Source: Eledone cirrhosa
Taxonomy: Eukaryota
Direction: 5' to 3'
Assembly (NCBI GenBank): GCA_964016885.1
Contig: OZ024746.1
Location: forward strand, 37,634,001-37,698,000
DNA length: 64,000 bases
Below are positions 62,163-64,000 of this stretch, piece after piece (within the stretch, counting starts at the first letter, position 1; each line of letters opens with the position of its first letter). Below the pieces are notes generated by a model, which was not told where the DNA came from, searched no databases, and was given only the letters and a program-made list of their open reading frames with translations. Made by a program: the position numbers and the translations under genes.

Positions 62163-64000
62163 GTTGTTGTTATTCCTTGAATCTCAGTCATTGATGTTGG
62201 TTAACTGGAAAGTCCGTTGGATTGAATATCAAGCCACTACCTGCAGCCTCAGATATTCAGGACGTATCGGAGGGTTCTTGCCGTTCCAAGCAAGCATGCC
62301 TTTTGAAGCGTTCCAAAAAGCGTGAAGGGGCCGATTTTCTTTAACCATCCCTGGAAACCTTTGGAGATAGTCCCCAGTGCGCCTATGACAATCGGGATCA
62401 CTTTGACTTCATGGCAGTTCCAAATCCTTTTCACCTCCCACTTTAGGTCCTGGTATCGGTTAATTTTCTCCCTCTCCTTCTCTTGCACTCTCGTGTCGAA
62501 CGGGCAGGCCACATCCACAATCAGGCACGATCTTTTTTCTTTGTCCACAACCACCAGGTCAGGTCTATTGTGTTCCAGTTTTTTGTCCGTCTGTATCCTA
62601 AAATCCCACAGCACCTTCACCTGATTGTTCTCCATCACCGCCTCTGGCCTATGCTCATACCATTTCTCAGAATGTGGTAGATTGTTTACTTTGCACAGGT
62701 GCCAGTGGATCACCCTGCCCATCACATCGTGTCTCCAGCCCTTATAGTGGGTCTGGGCTAGGTGTTTACACTCGGACACAATGTGAGCCACAGTCTCCTC
62801 TCTCTCTCCACAGATCCTGCACAGTGGGCTAGCCTCCTCCTTGTAGATATGGTGCTTCAACCACTTCGTTTTGAGGGCCTGCTCCTGCGCAGCCATTAGC
62901 ATTCCTTCTGTAGCCTTTTTGAGGTCTCCTCTTCTCAACCAGTTCCATGTCTGTGGATCTCTAAATTCAGTTTTCTCAAAGAAGGTACTATGAAGGGATT
63001 TTCCCTTAAGGCTGCTCTTCCTCCTTGATGTTATTTCCTCCTTGGGTATCCCCTGGCCTACTGTCCCCTCCTTCAGTACAGCTCTGAGCATTGGCTCCTT
63101 ACTATAGGTCACGTATTTGTATAGGTTGTTTTTCTCCATCTGAACACAGTCCTCTATGCTGATAAGACCTCTTCCACCCTCAGATCTCCTTAGGTAGAGT
63201 CTATCGACATCACTCCTCTTGTGGAACATGTTGTAGATAGTCAATAGCTTCCTAGTCTTCCTATCCATTTCTTTTTGTTCAGCAACATTCCATCTCAGAA
63301 TTCCCGCACTGTACCTAATAATAGACACAGCTCGGGAATTTACTGCGCTTATGGCATTTCTGCTGTTCAGATGTGACTTCAATACGCTCCTTACTCTCCG
63401 AATGTATTCAGTTCTTAACAATTCCTTCATTTTTTTGTTCTTTATGCCATCAGCCTCCAGAACGCCCAAATACTTGTATCCTTCCTCAGAGTCAATTTCC
63501 TTTATCATCTCACCTGTTGGTATCTGGATCCCGTTACTTCTGCTCAACCTACCCCTCCTCATCACAATGACTCCACATTTACCAATACCAAACTGCATAC
63601 ATATATCACTGCTGAAAATACGGACAGTGTCAACAAGCACATCCAACTCCTTCTCACTTTTCCCGAAGAGCTTAAGGTCGTCCATGAAGAGGAGGTGATT
63701 GATGGTAAGCTCTCCCCTTCCCAACTTGTATCCTGCTCTCACTTTTCGCAGCATAATGGTCAAGGGCATCAGGGCAAGGACAAACAACAGAGGGGACAGG
63801 CTATCTCCCTGGAAGATACCTCTCTTGATCTTCACGCTTCCCAAGGATACTCCAGTTGATGTCAACTCTGTCTCCCAGGACCCCATACTCCTGCCCAGCA
63901 ACTGTCTGATGTTATCTGCCACCCTGAAGATCTCCAGGCTTTTGGTGATCCAGGAATGAGGCACCATGTCAAATGCCTTTCTGTAGTCTATCCATCCCAT
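62099..64000 (-). mobile_element. R4/Dong-clade non-LTR retrotransposon, 3' part with (AAT)n tail/target; continues past the right edge
   Basis: RT + CCHC + restriction-like endonuclease ORF, ~75-nt 3' UTR, then (AAC)(AAT)n at 62099-62172. Confidence 0.9.
62249..64000 (-). CDS. Reverse transcriptase / restriction-like endonuclease polyprotein (partial, uninterrupted)
   Basis: 583 codons without a stop. Motifs: WIDYRKAFD, RGIFQGDSLSP, HLLFMDD, YKYLG, DRLYLxRxEGGRGL, CRICxxxxETVAHIVSEC, RHD, NRPD, DVACP, EKINRY. Confidence 0.93.
   Translation of the reverse strand: MGWIDYRKAFDMVPHSWITKSLEIFRVADNIRQLLGRSMGSWETELTSTGVSLGSVKIKRGIFQGDSLSPLLFVLALMPLTIMLRKVRAGYKLGRGELTINHLLFMDDLKLFGKSEKELDVLVDTVRIFSSDICMQFGIGKCGVIVMRRGRLSRSNGIQIPTGEMIKEIDSEEGYKYLGVLEADGIKNKKMKELLRTEYIRRVRSVLKSHLNSRNAISAVNSRAVSIIRYSAGILRWNVAEQKEMDRKTRKLLTIYNMFHKRSDVDRLYLRRSEGGRGLISIEDCVQMEKNNLYKYVTYSKEPMLRAVLKEGTVGQGIPKEEITSRRKSSLKGKSLHSTFFEKTEFRDPQTWNWLRRGDLKKATEGMLMAAQEQALKTKWLKHHIYKEEASPLCRICGEREETVAHIVSECKHLAQTHYKGWRHDVMGRVIHWHLCKVNNLPHSEKWYEHRPEAVMENNQVKVLWDFRIQTDKKLEHNRPDLVVVDKEKRSCLIVDVACPFDTRVQEKEREKINRYQDLKWEVKRIWNCHEVKVIPIVIGALGTISKGFQGWLKKIGPFTLFGTLQKACLLGTARTLRYVLNI

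Overview
AT-rich, microsatellite-dense animal DNA. The repeat content suggests a cephalopod (octopus-like) genome, which is an inference. I see no intact host gene. The window is dominated by non-LTR retrotransposons. (1) L1/Tx1-clade elements of three subfamilies, all on the minus strand and all frameshifted: two full-length copies joined head-to-tail through (ATT)n (27860-39810), one 3'-truncated copy, and a mosaic of fragments. (2) The 3' half of an R4/Dong-clade element with an uninterrupted ORF running off the right edge. (3) RTE-, CRE- and Ingi/Vingi-like remnants and tRNA-type SINEs. A heavily decayed cadherin-repeat sequence probably lies at ~25.7-27.6 kb. The main signal not explained by the ORF track is a set of roughly a dozen complete, degenerate or half hammerhead-ribozyme motifs (CUGANGA...GAAA...NUH) from several apparently unrelated families. 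They sit in short non-coding cassettes beside (TA)n tracts, often as fold-back palindromes, and one copy is circularly permuted, as expected for Penelope-like/retrozyme elements. A second signal is that one SINE family and the Tx1 elements share a 3' terminal motif, an ATT-type tail and an ATTAT/(ATT)n target. All alignments, translations and folds were done by eye; coordinates may be off by a few bases.
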